A stretch of 64,000 nucleotides of DNA from Octopus bimaculoides (Eukaryota): the NCBI RefSeq assembly GCF_001194135.2, contig NC_068992.1, positions 34,573,225 through 34,637,224 of the forward strand. The letters run 5' to 3'. The position numbers were made by a program, and so were the translations under genes. Under the pieces are notes generated by a model. The model saw only the letters and a program-made list of their open reading frames with translations. It did not search any database and was not told the origin of the DNA. This document shows positions 1 through 12,375 of this stretch, piece by piece (position 1 is the stretch's first letter; the number at the start of each line of letters is the position of its first letter).

Positions 1-31
<31 letters not shown>
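1..31. repeat. (TA)n microsatellite
   Basis: Direct reading of the sequence. Confidence 0.95.
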
Positions 32-34
<3 letters not shown>

Positions 35-367
35 AATGCTGTGTGAAGAAATAATATATATTAGAAAAAAAATTCTGTTGAAAAAATTTCAAAGGGGGAG
101 GAATTGTGTTAGACCCCCCACCCCCACCCCCACCGGTGAGAAGTGGGCTGGTCCACTACTAATAAATAGTGGACTGACACAGTCTGTAATGTCAGTCAGC
201 GAGGTTTGCTGTTCAGGCCAGTCCTGCAGGGACTACGAACAACGTCATAATGCAAGTCATAACACCTCTACAGATTTTGTATAAAGTTCAGAGCCCACAC
301 TGAAAGTTACAATGTTTCTTATATGAATACATTTATATAAACAATGTGACCGAAAATGGAAAAAACA

Positions 368-604
368 GGTAATGGGTGTATATACATATTTTAAATTATT
401 GTTCTTTCATCAGTACCACATCCAACACATCAATTATCCACAAAGTTAATGCTTAAATATCCACTAAGTTTAGTGATATAATTCTACTGGGTACCACTAC
501 GCTTAGTGGGTACTTAAGCAATATGTTTGTGAATAGCTGATGGGTTTGATGTGGTGCTGATGAAAGAGCAATAACTCTTAAAATATGCATATACATCCAT
601 TACC
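368..604. mobile_element. Small fold-back element (two ~100-bp inverted arms, 368-468 and 502-604), possibly derived from a Penelope pseudo-LTR
   Basis: The reverse complement of 502-604 aligns by eye at roughly 80% with 368-468 (e.g. ttgttctttcatcagtaccacatc vs ttgctctttcatcagcaccacatc). Each arm contains a hammerhead-like CTGATGA motif. Confidence 0.6.
553..597 (+). ncRNA. Minimal hammerhead-ribozyme-like motif (G12A variant or decayed)
   Basis: GGTG-CTGATGA-AAGAG/caataa/CTCTT-AAAA-TATGCATA-TA-CATC. Stem I, core, stem II and palindromic stem III (ATATGCATAT) are present, but GAAA reads AAAA. Confidence 0.45.
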
Positions 605-800
605 ATTAACACTGTGCATCTGCCAGGCTTGATGTTTTTCTTATATCAGGAGGAAACAGAAAGTAAATAAGGATGAAAATGTACATAGACTGGGAAAAGA
701 TGGACAGGGCAAGTAAAAGTCAGTACCAAAGTAGATAGAAGTATGGTTAGGAGATGAAGAAGTAGTAGAAAATGTATGAGAAGATGAGAGAAGGAAAAGA

Positions 801-804
<4 letters not shown>

Positions 805-870
<66 letters not shown>

Positions 871-880
871 CAATAATAAT
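805..880. repeat. (AAT)n microsatellite
   Basis: Direct reading. Confidence 0.9.
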
Positions 881-881
881 A

Positions 882-1054
882 AAATTTTGGAGGGTCTAGT
901 CGATTACATCAATCCCAGTCCTTCACTGGCACTTAATTTATTGACCCCGAAAAGATGAAAGGCAAAAGTTGGCCTCAGTGGAATTTGAACTCAGAATGTA
1001 ATGATGGATAAAATGCTGTTAAGCATTTTGCCCATTCTGCCAGCTCGCCACCTT
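882..1054 (-). mobile_element. tRNA-derived SINE, family A (octopus OK-like)
   Basis: Minus strand reads ggtggcgagctggcagaat...ctgagttcaaattcc (A/B boxes)...gcctttcatcttttcggggtcaataaattaagtgcc. Confidence 0.85.
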
Positions 1055-1097
1055 AATAATAATAGTAATAATAATAATAATAATCATAATCTTTTCT

Positions 1098-1303
1098 ACC
1101 AAAGGCACAAGGCCTGCAATTTTAGTGTAGGGGACTAGTCCATTACATCGACTTCAGTATTCCACTAGTTCTAAATTTATTGACTCCGAAACGATGAAAG
1201 ACAAAGTCGACTTCAGCAGAATTTGAACTCAGAACGAAAAGACAGACGAAATGCAACTAAACATTTTGCCCAATGTGCTAACTAGTCTGCCTGCTCACCA
1301 CAT
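1098..1303 (-). mobile_element. tRNA-derived SINE, family A
   Basis: Same body as 882-1054 (gttctgagttcaaattc, gtcgactttgtctttcatc). Confidence 0.8.
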
Positions 1304-1317
1304 TGATAATATTCCTT

Positions 1318-1528
1318 TCTACTGGAAGCACAAGGCCTTACTTTTGGAGGAAGGGATTAAGTCAATTATATTGATCCCAGTGCTTAACTGGTAGGCATTT
1401 AATTGACCCCAAAAGGATGAAAGGCAAAGTCAATGTCAGTGGAATTTGAACTCAGAACGTAGCAATGGGCAAAATACTGCTAAGCATTTCATCCAACGTG
1501 CTAATGATTCTGCCAGCTCGCAACCTTA
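1318..1528 (-). mobile_element. tRNA-derived SINE, family A
   Basis: Third adjacent copy; gcgagctggcagaatcattagcacg head followed by the B box. Confidence 0.85.
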
Positions 1529-3671
1529 ATAATAATAATAATAATATTGATACAAGTATATATACTTACTGATGCACAATGTTAGAGTACACCTTTGTTG
1601 CCTGTCTGAGGAAGTGCCACTTTAGTGTTTAAACCATTGCATTGCCTCCTTAAACTGATACAAACCAATCAAGTATTCTTTATGCTGCATGCATAATACA
1701 TTACAATGCTTCTTAAACAGCTACAAATAATAACATCTCAAGTTAAGAAAATAACAAAGGTAAACCGCAATCAACATGTTACATCTCTGCAAATCCAACA
1801 GCTGTGATAAAATTCATTTGAGACTTATCAAAAAACATGAAGAAAACAACAACACTTATGTTTGATGTTCAAACAGCAAATAAACTTTACATCCTGGATA
1901 ATTGTTATATGGAGTTGTGATACCATATAACAACTTTAATAGAAGTCAAGCTCAGCCAGTTTACTTCTAACCAACAAATTATAATCAGTAACTCACTGTG
2001 CCAATAGATATGGTTTTACCCACAAAATATATCCAGTGTCATAATAGCCAGTTTGCTTAGAATAACTTCTGATCAAACTATGACAAACTAAAATCCAATA
2101 TTCTTCCATTCTATATTCTTAATAAATGCAGAAACATTTCCTATTGCTCATTTTAATTAAATATGCAAAAAATAAAGTCTGTAACAAATTTGAAGGAATT
2201 TTCAAGAGAAAATTAATGTAAAAATGTAATTATAATAATATTTCTTTCCTTCTTTCAATAAAATTTAGAGGAAAATAATTAAAAACTTATTTTGCTGTAG
2301 TGTATTTTAATTAACTACAACAAGTAGGAGAGAATGTTTATTTGTAAAATATAGAAAAACTTGTTTTAATTTTATGTAGTTTAAAACTACTTTCAGATTA
2401 TTTTGGATTGAAATTCATTAAAATTTTTTGAGAAACAAAAATAATCATAACCAATTTTGTTATTTTTTGTTTTCAGAATTTTTTTTCAGAATTTTCATCA
2501 AAAATAGTTTTGAACATTGTTTCTAATAATTATCCAAGAATCCAAATAGAATCAACTCAAGAGTGATGGTGAAAATTCCATGAAAGAGACAGATAAAACA
2601 AAACAATATTTAATTTGAACATACAGAATCAAAAACTATTTTTGATAGTTTAAAATTATTCAGATTCCTCTTAGCTTAAGAAAATAGTTTCAAGATTTAG
2701 TTTCATGTGAATAGATTTCTTGAATTTTTATTAAATACAAGTTTTACAGCATCAATTTTTTTATTTTTTTAATAAAAGTTCAACTGCCTGCTTTCATATT
2801 AATAGGTCCATAGCTGTAGTACTTTTACTGTAATTTATGTGTAGTAAATGTAAAATGTGTGTATGATGAAAGTAAGAAACCTTTCAGCATTGTGTTGTCT
2901 TGCAAGCAGGATTCCATTCATTGTTAGATGTAATTTCTAAAGAAAAATCATGATTTGCCAACTAGAAATTCCTTACTTTGCCCACGGAAAACTAAAGGTA
3001 TGTAAGCCACACTATCATCCTAAATAAGGATAGTAGATTAGAAGAATCATTTGAGTATTTAACAAAATACTTTGCAGTGTTTGTTTTGGTTAGTTATGTC
3101 CAGAGTTCAAATGTTGCTGAGGTTTACTTTACCTTCCATCGTTAATAAAGTAGAGCATCAATCTAGTTCTAGGGTCAATATTATCAACTAATTCTCTCAA
3201 ATTTCAACTTTGTACCTATGTTACAAATGATATCATAATTCTAATCTTAAAATTATTGAAAAGGCCATCATATTCTTCATTGATATTCACATTCAAAACA
3301 ATACAATGAATGTGAATTTGTCTTTTAATGAATATTGACATAATTCCTAATCATTGGTATTCATCAAATAATGATTAACTCTGCTGAACAATATTTTCTT
3401 TCTTTACCCTTCAGATTCTTGAAATGCTATATTTTTATGAGTGAATAGATTTAGTAATTTTCTGATATATTTAATTTTAATCAATTAAAATTTTTATACG
3501 CTCTATTTCTGCCTATTTTGACCGAATTAATCACATAGGAATTAAGTGCACTCCTCACCATGAGTATATCATTAATTAATTAAAATTTCTTGTCTTACTA
3601 CATCAAGTATGCTAATGTCCACTTGACTATTAAGAATTCATGCAACAGATGTCCTAAGGTATTTTTTCCAC

Positions 3672-4980
3672 AGTCAGTGAGGAAACTAGGGATAGATGAG
3701 TGGTTGGTGACAGTGGTATAAGCCATGTACAAGGATACTGTCAGTATGGTGAGGATTGGCAATGAGTATAGCAATGAATTTAGTATACAAGTAGGAGTTC
3801 ACTAAGGATCGGTCCTCAGCCCCGTCTTGTTCATCATAGTCCTCCAGGAAATAACAGAAGAATTTAAGTCAGGCTGTGCCTGGGAGTTCCTCTATGCCGA
3901 TGACCTTGTTCTTATAGCTGAATCACAACCAGAACTAGAAAAGAAACTTCAAGTGTGGAAGCAAGGTCTGGAATCAAAGGGCCTTAGAGCTAATTTAGCA
4001 AAGACCAAAGTCTTAGTAGGAAAGCAGACAAATCGCAAATCCCATCAGAGAGATGGCCCAGCTCAATATGTAAAAAAGGCATTGATAGAAACTGAATAAC
4101 GTGTACCCAATGCAAGCTATTGGCACATAAGAGGAGCAGCAATATCAGAGGAAGGTTAACAGGGAAAATAGTTTTTGTGTATAGCAGATGTACAGGTACC
4201 ATAAACACAAGAGATGTACAGACAATAGACTCCATAAAATGCTAGGGAGAATACTTAGAAGTAGTTGATAGCTTCTGTTAACTGGGTGAGCAAGTCAGCT
4301 GTGGAGGTGGATGCTCTTAGAGTGTAGCTGCTAGAATAAGAATAGGCTGGATAAGAGTGAAAGATGTTTGTGTGCAGACAGTCTTGTTACACAGCAGTGG
4401 AATATGGGCTGTGACTGCAGAGGACAACTGAAGGCTTGAAAGAAATGAAGCTATTATGCTTTGCTAGTTGTGCAATGTCAGTGTGCATGAATAGCAGGGT
4501 GTAAGCATCTTAAGAGAACAATGTATGTGGTGTGCAAGGAAGAAGACTGCACTGGTATGGTCATGGGATGCATATGGATAGGAACAACTGTGTAAAGAAG
4601 TGCCGATCCTGTAGAAGAGGTAGACCCAGGAAGACATGGGAAGTGGTGAAGCATAGTCTACGGATGTTGGGTCTCATAGAGATGATGACAAATGATGAAG
4701 ACCTTTGGCAGTTAGCTGTGCTTGAGAAGACTTGAGAGGCCAAGTGAAATTGTAGTCATGGATTGTGCCAGTGACGCATTAAAGGCACCCATGATGGTGA
4801 CACGTAAAAGGCACCCATGCTGTGACACATAGAAGGGATCCACTACACACTTGGAGTGGCATCCAGCTGTAGAAACCAAATCAACATACAACTCTCCATC
4901 AAAGTCTAACCCATGCCAGCATAGAAAATGGAAGCTAGATGATGATGATGATGATGATGACAATGATGACAATGATGATG
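3672..4980 (+). mobile_element. 5'-truncated, decayed RTE-clade LINE (copy 1)
   Basis: RT motifs GCAWEFLYADDLVLIAE and KGLRANLAKTK, C-terminal GRRLHWYGH...RGRPRKTW, 3' UTR ending ccaacccatgccagcat and a (GAT)n tail; stops and frameshifts present. Confidence 0.9.
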
Positions 4981-6507
4981 AAGTTATCTTCACTAGCCAC
5001 ATAGTACATTTTTCTAGTGGAAGATAATTTACTGAATTAATTCTGGTATTTATCTAATGAAATTTGGTCAGATAGAGAACAAAAGGAAAATCAATATCAC
5101 TATGATAAACTGTTAAGTCTGTGAAAAAGTAACCCTAATACAGTTAGGCATTCACAGTCCTTTAAGAATTTGCAAAAATTTGTTGCTAGAAACCACATAT
5201 ATTTTAAAACCATATAAAACATATGTAACATTTATTGTAATACAGTTGGATACTGCTTTGTAGCATACATTATCTTCTGACTCTTTCTAATGCTTAAATA
5301 AACTGACTTGATCCCTATCTGAAGTAGCATATATCCTACACACAGATGCATTCTAATAACAAAAAAAAAAACAAAAAAAATTCAATGTAAATCCACCAGA
5401 GTAATAAAGAACCTTCAATAACAATTCTGTTTTACAAGTCAGTCAAATGATCTTTGCATAAACCATATAGCAGACATGATCCATTGACCTATGATGGAAC
5501 ATAATCCAGCCATAAATAACCTGTCTGTGTGCTTCAGACAACATACATACATATATACATACACACATAAATGTGTGTATATGTTTATATCAAATATCCT
5601 CTTCCTTTTAAGATAATTGGATAACACATTTGAAAGATTTAACCACCATTCTTAGCAGAAAAAGCAACTATCGAGAAGCTTCACTTGTGAAATTGTAGCT
5701 GCTAAAGGTCAATACTCTTGATGTTTTATTTGACTTTCTGTGAAGTTATTCTGGCTGAGTGGCGTTCTCAGAGGTACACAGTTTTAGGAAAGAAAGTAAA
5801 GTGTGAAGTTTAGAATTAGCAAGCTGAGATAGAGTAGAATGCAAAAAGGTAGTGAAATAGTTAGTTCAGGGAAATGATATTTCTTATTAAATATAGCAGA
5901 GATATGGGAGTGGATTTGGTGCAGCTATGAACTAGTTATTGTCATATAACACTAGGTTGGCCATTCGTGAGGAAATCTATGATCAAAGACTTTTCAGCTA
6001 TGATTATCCCATATTGTTATCAGAATCTAGGGCCACATCATTCAATGCCTCCTTAATTTTGCTATTTGCTTTCATTAGAGGAAGACTTGTTGCCATTTTT
6101 ACCATACCAGGTGTCTGTATAGAGATGCACTCATTGCTTTTCCGGATATCTAGTTGAAAAGCAATGGGTTTGAGGAATATGTGTTAGTTCAAAAGTAGTG
6201 ACTCTACTTTGCATACCACTGGAAAATGTTTTGAAAGAAGCAGGGCAAGTTCAGCATAATGAGCAAATGGTGACACTATCTTCATACAAGTGTCCCTGGT
6301 TAAAGATAATAGCAAAAATAATATAGGAAGAAGAGTGTGGGGTGGATACAGAATGGGCTACCAGGATGGCATAATAATTTAAGAAAAATCAATTACTCAA
6401 AATTATTAACACAATTAGAAAATATTTTTTTTATCCTGTGCAACGGATGGGCCACAATATATAACCAAATTCTACAGAATACCAAATTTAATGTTAGGAG
6501 GATTCAT

Positions 6508-6728
6508 GGCGGTGAGGTGGCAGAATCATTAACAAGCTGGACAAAAATGCTGAGTGGCATTTCATCAGTCTTTACATTCTGAGTTCAAATTCTGCCAAAG
6601 TCAACTTTGCTTATCATTCTTTCAGATCAATAAAATATGTACCAGTTGAACACTGGAAGTTGGTAAAATCAGCTTACCTCCTATCTTGAAATTGCTGGCC
6701 TTTTGCCAAAATTTGGAGCCAATATTAT
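6508..6728 (+). mobile_element. tRNA-derived SINE, family A
   Basis: ggcggtgaggtggcagaatcatt...ctgagttcaaattctgcc...gtaccagttgaacactgg. Confidence 0.8.
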
Positions 6729-6802
6729 GAGGAATCATTTTCTGATGCACTATATGATTTATTTACTTGATGTATTATCTGTATGATGTATTAACTTGAT
6801 GG

Positions 6803-7020
6803 TAGAGGCACATGGCTTAGTGGGTAGTGTATTGCACATGATTTCAATTCCTGGAATGGGTAATGTAGTATGTTCTTGAGCAAAATACTTCATTTCATGT
6901 TGCTCCAGTCCACTCATCTGGCAAAAATGAGTAATCCTGTGATGGACCAGGAGTGGGCGAAAATATATTCCACAGAAGCCAGTGACCTGAGCTTACAAGC
7001 CTGTGGCCCATAAAGGACCT
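6803..7020 (+). mobile_element. tRNA-derived CORE-like SINE, family C (decayed)
   Basis: ggcacatggcttagtgggtag head and gttcttgagcaaaatacttcatttcatgttgctcc core-like block; related copy at ~52282. Confidence 0.55.
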
Positions 7021-7078
7021 TTGATTCATTGATTAACTTGATGTATTAGCTATTTGAGGTACTGACTAGATATATTGA

Positions 7079-7606
7079 TTTCAAATTTTAGCACAAATCC
7101 AATAATTTGTGGGGAGGTGGAAAGTCAATTAAGGCGGTCAGCTGGCAGAATCGTTAGCGCGCCGGGCGAAATGCTTAGCGGTATTTCGTCTGCCGCTACG
7201 CTCTGAGTTCAAATTCCGCCGAGGTCGACTTTGCCTTTCATGCTTTCGNNNNNNNNNNCTGCCGCTACGCTCTGAGTTCAAATTCCGCCGAGGTCGACTT
7301 TGCCTTTCATGCTTTCGGGGTCGATAAATTAAGTACCAGTTACGTACTGGGGTCGATGTAATCGACTCAATCCCTTTGTCTATCTTTGTTTGTCCCCTCT
7401 ATGTTTAGCCCCTTGTGGGCAATAAAGAAATAAGGAAAGTCAATTACATCAACCCTAGTATGCCACTGGTACTTATTTTATCGACCCTGAAAGGATGAAA
7501 GGCAAGGTTGACCTCAGTGGAATTTGAACTCTGAACAAAAAGACAGACAAAACGTTGCCAAGTATTTTGCCTGAAGTACTAACAATTCTGTCAGCTCGTC
7601 ACCTTT
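7079..7606 (-). mobile_element. Older family A SINE interrupted by a younger SINE
   Basis: Head near 7585-7606 and tail at 7079-7131; the two halves rejoin at the duplicated 13-mer ggaaagtcaatta. Confidence 0.8.
7132..7433 (+). mobile_element. Young family A SINE with 13-bp TSD
   Basis: CpG-intact near-consensus copy; TSD ggaaagtcaatta at 7119-7131 and 7434-7446; internal 10-N gap (7249-7258) with artefactual duplication. Confidence 0.9.
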
Positions 7607-9764
7607 GTATTGACTAGATATATTAATTACATGATATATTAACTACGTGTATTAATAATATAATCAATTAGCTTGACAGAAAATTATCAAAACAAAATTG
7701 GAGAGATATATACAGCTTATAGGAAGAAATTTTTTTCGTGAATGTTCTTAGTACGAAACACATAAGTGAAGCTTTTACAAAAACATTGGTATTGTCAAAT
7801 TTCTTAAAGGTGAGAGACAAATGATGTGTGACACAAAGAAATCTGCCTCAGTAGTAACCATATAAATGGCCACTGAAAAGAAAATATGTAAGAACAAATG
7901 TGATCTCTTTAATGCTGAAAATGATGGTGAAGAGTTAGTATTTGGCAGATTTAGAGAGAATACCATTCTTGTAGATGACATATTGTTGTATTTTCTGGTA
8001 GTCTGATGTAGATATTCATAAAATTAGATTTGATAATTTGTTGAAGATAGAAGACAGCTTGGGAGTGCACCATTTGAAAGTAATAGAAGATAGACAGTTT
8101 TGTTGAGCTGGCATTACTGTGTAACTATTTGGCAATAGTAAATATGTGAACATTATTGTTGGGCTGGAGAAGTGAACAGGCAGATGCAACACTATTGGAC
8201 AAGTTTTAATTGTGTTTCTTCCACCACTGCAGCAACTATTTCTGCTCTTTTCTATATGAATTCTTCCTTATCTTACTTAAAACATTTGTTACAACCACTG
8301 CCCACTCTCAACTCTTCTACTGCCTCTTACTTAGTTTTCTTTACCAGATATACACAAATCTAAAACTTTCTACCCATCCTTGCTCTTTTATCCAACTATA
8401 CATACAAGCACTAAACATAAACAACAATAACTCTGCAACAGTACACACTGAAGTATTAGCAACAACTCAAGTAGTTATCTATGACACCAGTCTAAATGTG
8501 TCTAGAAAGACATTCCTCTTTTAGCTAATTAATAAAGTCAAACACAATATGGAATTCTATTGTTTCCACTAAGATCCCAGAATGTGAATTATTGATTTAA
8601 TTTAGTTTTGTATAAAACTACTGTTTAGACTACAGGGGTAAATTGATAAAATTAACACTGTATATCATCAGTACATATTTCACTAATTTAAAGGAAAGGA
8701 AACTAAAGTATGTAAAATAAGTACCATCAATTCATTATACCATTAACCTATAAGCTGCAGCCTTGTTCGGGGCAAATTTACATTTCCTTGATTACAGAGG
8801 CTGAAAGTCTTATATAGTAAGGAACTTAAATTTTTATTAAACTATTAATATAAATAAGTGATTTATTGAAAATCTCTGCACTTTTAAATAGAATGTTATT
8901 GATTATTGCAAAGGAGACTCTCTAGGTCTAATTATGAGAGTTTTCAGCACGTTTTTCTTTTCTTTTTTTTTTATCTAATTCTCAGGCAATTTATAGCAAA
9001 ACCTATCAGGGTTTTAAAACATTATTACTGTTATATAGGCCCAATAAGATTGGAAGCTATATATCAGATATCAGTGATGAACTACATGACTGACACAGCA
9101 GAATAATAATTTTTTCTAATTTTATTAACTTTGTAGAATAAAAGACAAAATAAACAAATGATATTATTTGATCTTATGTGACTGAAGCAATAAAAAATCA
9201 ACCTTATAACAGGTTTCAACCACCAAACCTCTTATCCTAATCTTAATTATTGTCTTCTCATTTAGAAAAATCACTGACAATGCCTGTCAGAATAATATAC
9301 TGCAATGCAGCTATAGATATTACAAAACACATTTTGTGCTGAATCTTGTAGCTCCCCTATCTAAATGTGCAACATGTTAATGTTACACTTAAAATAAGAA
9401 TTAGCTGATATATCAGAACCTAATTATAGCCAACACTAATAAATACCTTGATTTCTATGTTTCTTTCTGTATCGGTCTCTTTTCAAGTCCCTGTATGTTC
9501 AGACTATACATCTGTAACTTGCTTTGTAACGGAAAACATGGGAATTTTGTCATTAAGGCTCATCATTGGAACTCACACTACAGTTTTCTTTTACTGGTGA
9601 GCAGTCACATGCACACAAGCTCGCTCATGTGATAGAAATATCGGCTGAACACTTTGATTTCCACCAACTTTTTATTTCTGTCTTGCTATATGGAACAGTA
9701 TACAGTCCTGAAATAATCTCTTTACATGTGAATAAAATCATTTTAAATGAGAAGTATAAGACTA

Positions 9765-10771
9765 CAAGGTTCAGCGGGGAAGTTCATAGGCTGATCAAGA
9801 TATTCTTCAAATCAGGAGAATAAAGAGGGTAATCAACTAGTTCAAAATCACAGTCACATACAGCAGCCATTGAAACAAAACACCTTTTGTCAATTTTCCT
9901 GGGAGTTTCATCTTGATTGCTTTTCCTATTTGCTTCAACAAGTTGGCATAGTACTCTCCATTAATGGTGTGACCCTTCTGAATCTAGTCAAAAAACAATG
10001 CCATTTGCATCCCAGAAAACTGAAGCCGTCACCTTCCCTGCAAATGAAATGATCTTGGTCTTCTTTGGAGCAGGTGAGTAGGGATGCTTCCACTGCATGG
10101 ATTTGCTCTTTCTCTCTGGCTCAAAGTGATGAAGTTAACATTCATCCTTGGTTAGAAAACATTCAAAGAAACCAGCTGGATCTGCCTCAAACAATGATAG
10201 ATGTCCCTGTGATGTGATCAACCTGATATGCTTTTGATCAGGTGTCAGAAGACATGACACAACAAGCAGAGACCTTCATCATGCCAAGTTCATTGTTCAG
10301 AATATTCTCAACTCTCTCAACAGATATGCTAATAGCATTGTCTTTTTTACTTATAGTTAATCAACTGCCCTTCATCATCATGTGGTGGACACAATCAATG
10401 TCTTCCTTGGTGCTGGCAGTTGAAGTACATCCAGATCTTGGATCGTCTTCATCACTCTCTTTTCCCCTCTTAAATTTAGCTGCCAGCCTTTGTGTTGCTC
10501 ATAAAGCTGGATCGTCATCCTCTTATGTAGCAACCATGTCAGCATGAATGTCCTGAGGGGCCAAACCATTTTACTTCAGGTTCTTGATCAGACCAAAATG
10601 CAAACTTCTATTCATTTTCAAGAGAAGTTACTACTAGTTACATTTGAAGTATTCTTTGAACAGTAAGAATTCAGTTTACCTCTATTAATAAAGGGTTGAA
10701 ATTAATGCATGCAAGACTTCACAGTTCTAGCATCACTCCATCATGCCTATGAACTTTTCAGCTCACCCTCA
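9765..10771 (-). mobile_element. Mariner DNA transposon, internally deleted, with pseudogenised transposase
   Basis: Imperfect TIRs (caaggttcagcggggaagttcataggctga / reverse complement tgagggtgagctgaaaagttcataggc), TA at both ends (9763-9764, 10772-10773); minus-strand translation gives DDPRSG, LLTPDQKH, HHFEPERK, VFWDANGI, YSPDL. Confidence 0.9.
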
Positions 10772-12318
10772 TAAATATCTCTTTGTTATTTCTGTATTGT
10801 TTTTATCTTCATTTTTCTCCTTTTTTCACTCATTTTAATAGGGAGCATGCAAATATTAGAAACCTAAGAGAAATATTTCCAGTGAATATGAAAGTTAGAA
10901 CTAAATCATTACTTTCTTTTGGAAATGTTCAACTATTCCTAAAGTGAGCAACACTTACAGAATGATTTCAACTTCTATATTCCAATAATAGTTTTTCAAA
11001 AGTTCTGTTACACTATAATTAAAAGGTTTGCACCATTTCTGATATCTTAAAAATACCTTATAAAGTTTCAAACCTCAGAATGTACTCCCTTGTAGAATTG
11101 TAATATGTCAATTGTCTGTAGACAAGAAAACGTTAAAGTGTATATCTTACAGCTTGAAATGTAAGTATAATTTCTAAAATGATTCAATCATTTCATGTTA
11201 AGATATCTTAAAATGTGTTAATTTTTCGTCTTGATTTTTTTCTTAACATTGTATACTTCATCAAAATCTCAGTAATAATCTGCATGTTTTGTTGATTTAA
11301 ACAATTCAAGCACATAAATTATCATAATTCATGTTTTTTTTAACTCAATAAATTACATTTTAAAGCCTTCATTGCAATTTAATTTACTTTTATTTAAATG
11401 CTCAATTTCAATAAAAACAAAACAGATAACATCAAGTTACCTGAAATGTTTTGCTTTAAATTTAGATTTATGTCATCATTTGTAGATTCTTTCATCATAC
11501 ATTCAGACAAGCAAAAAGTTAAACAATTTCATGTATTTAAATTATTAAAACAATAAATGCTGCAGGATTTTTTTAAATGTCTGTAAATCTTCTGTTTAGC
11601 CACAAACTTATAAAAATCTTGTATCACATATTTGAAATTACTGAAGAGACAGATTAACTATCATTTTTTGCATCTAGAACTAATAGTATGCACCTTTGCA
11701 TTAAACTACCTTTTTAGAATATCCAGAAAACTTATCTTGAATAGGAGTGTCATAAAAAATTTTCACATCTTTTGGAGGTACTTGAAAAGTAACTGACAAA
11801 GCAATATAAAGAATAACAAAATTGGCAACTATCACTTCTATATGCATCACATCATTAAGATCTATTCATCATATCATTAAGATCTAAATATCTGAAAATG
11901 CCAAGCAACAAATGGATTGGAATATTGAACAAGGAATTAGTAAGATAAAATAAGTTTTAAAAATTCCCTAAAAGTAAGAAATTCTTTGATAGCACACTTG
12001 ATTTCAATATTGAAATGTGGTCATAAAATAATAAATATTAAAAGCTGATAGAATTCTGCACTGTCCCTACAGAATAGAATTCTGCACTGTCCCTCCATGC
12101 TTTTGAACAATAACTTATTGGATTTTCAAAATATCTGAAAAGATAAACATCATAAATTTCCACTATAGTTCCCATTTCATTGAAGGCTTTTGTGACATAG
12201 AGGAATGTTTAAGAAACTTTTAGATATGTTTATACATCTTGATGAATTAAATTCGAAAAAATGCTTTATTTTTCAAGTAGATGCACATATTGAAGAGAAA
12301 ATTAGCATTATGTATTTA

Positions 12319-12320
<2 letters not shown>

Positions 12321-12369
<49 letters not shown>

Positions 12370-12375
12370 GTGTTT
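12321..12375. repeat. (TG)n microsatellite
   Basis: Direct reading. Confidence 0.9.

Noticed and set aside
5900-6100. Faint CR1-like RT remnant on the minus strand
   Set aside because: Only a loose resemblance to the DFxKAFD/VPH region; too degenerate to call.
7190-7320. Apparent tandem duplication around the 10-N gap (also 22681-22768)
   Set aside because: Identical sequence on both sides of a 10-N spacer indicates overlapping contig ends, an assembly artefact.
11440-11500. Minus-strand MMKESTNDDIKSKFKAKHF followed by a CAG/GTAA donor
   Set aside because: No acceptor or homology; expected by chance in AT-rich DNA.
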